DNA of 64,000 nucleotides from an uncultured Ruminococcus sp. (GTDB lineage Bacteria; Bacillota; Clostridia; Oscillospirales; CAG-272): NCBI GenBank assembly GCA_905202255.1, contig CAJKRH010000004.1, positions 4,287 to 68,286 of the forward strand, read 5' to 3'. Shown piece by piece: positions 63,533 to 64,000 of this stretch (position 1 is its first letter; each line of letters starts with the position of its first letter). The notes under the pieces were generated by a model. It saw only the letters and a program-made list of their open reading frames with translations, ran no database searches and was not told where the DNA came from. The position numbers and the translations under genes were made by a program.

Positions 63533-64000
63533 ATGAGTAAAATCGTATGCTTCGGTGAGCTTATGCTCCGTCTCAATCCCGAGGGCTATCTGCGCTTTGA
63601 ACAGGCAGACAAATTTATGGCTACCTTCGGCGGCGGTGAAGCAAATGTCGCGGTTTCTCTTGCAAACTTCGGCATGGATGCTTCATTCTGCTCCAAGCTT
63701 CCCACGCACGCTATAGGCAATATGGCTGTCCGCGCACTCCGCGCAGAGGGCGTTGCTACGGCGGATATCGTCCGCGGCGGCGAGAGAGTCGGCATTTATT
63801 ATATTGAAAAAGGCGCTTCTCAGCGCCCCTCAAAGGTTATCTATGACAGAAAGTACAGTGCCATCGGCATGGCAAGCCGCGAGGATTTCGATTGGGACAA
63901 GATACTGACGGATACAGTATGGTTCCATTTCACAGGCATCACTCCCGCGCTGGGCGATAATGTTGCCGAAATCTGTCTGGACGCCGTGAAGGCATGCCGC
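63533..64000 (+). CDS. PfkB-family sugar kinase, 2-dehydro-3-deoxygluconokinase-like (3' end beyond window)
   Basis: Not in the ORF track because it is open at the edge. Hand translation gives MSKIVCFGELMLRLNPEGYLRFEQADKFMATFGGGEANVAVSLANFGMDA..., 156 codons open to nt 64000. Confidence 0.75.
   Translation, partial: MSKIVCFGELMLRLNPEGYLRFEQADKFMATFGGGEANVAVSLANFGMDASFCSKLPTHAIGNMAVRALRAEGVATADIVRGGERVGIYYIEKGASQRPSKVIYDRKYSAIGMASREDFDWDKILTDTVWFHFTGITPALGDNVAEICLDAVKACR

Overview
64-kb chromosomal window from a moderately GC-rich Firmicute. Gene content and order look Clostridia-like: rpsF-ssb-rpsR, nusB-xseA-xseB-ispA, pyrR plus a uracil permease behind a PyrR attenuator, a tandem glycine riboswitch, and GGAGG-type RBSs. 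All family names come from reading the translations by eye; no database search was possible. I support about 60 CDS, one tRNA-Pro(GGG), one riboswitch, one attenuator, several near-consensus sigma-A promoters and intrinsic terminators. Two ORFs that run off the window ends (1..2220 minus strand, 63533..64000 plus strand) are missing from the supplied track and were translated by hand. Most of the window is housekeeping. Two regions are accessory. (i) Region 1-10.3 kb holds a tightly packed four-gene minus-strand operon for cell-surface proteins: a 1054-aa collagen-like lipoprotein, three cohesin-like modules, one dockerin-like module, and a Ser/Thr-rich membrane-anchored protein. Directly upstream sits a 1.4-kb segment bounded by perfect 27-bp inverted repeats. 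It contains only a tyrosine recombinase gene and an outward-facing consensus promoter. I read this as a candidate integrase-bearing invertible promoter (phase-variation) switch, and it is my top finding. (ii) Region 47.5-56.4 kb holds an IS200-type tnpA remnant, XRE/AraC regulators flanked by a 114-bp direct repeat, two overlapping tandem tyrosine recombinases, and AT-rich orphan cargo behind a promoter-leader-terminator unit. It ends at tRNA-Pro. Other observations: a 1194-aa surface protein with about 67 cysteines in repeated CxxC modules, a ten-gene operon with duplicated methyltransferase/ATC-hydrolase-like pairs, and an inverted pair of REP-like elements around a promoter-like core. No CRISPR array, rRNA, reverse transcriptase or recognisable named defence system was seen.
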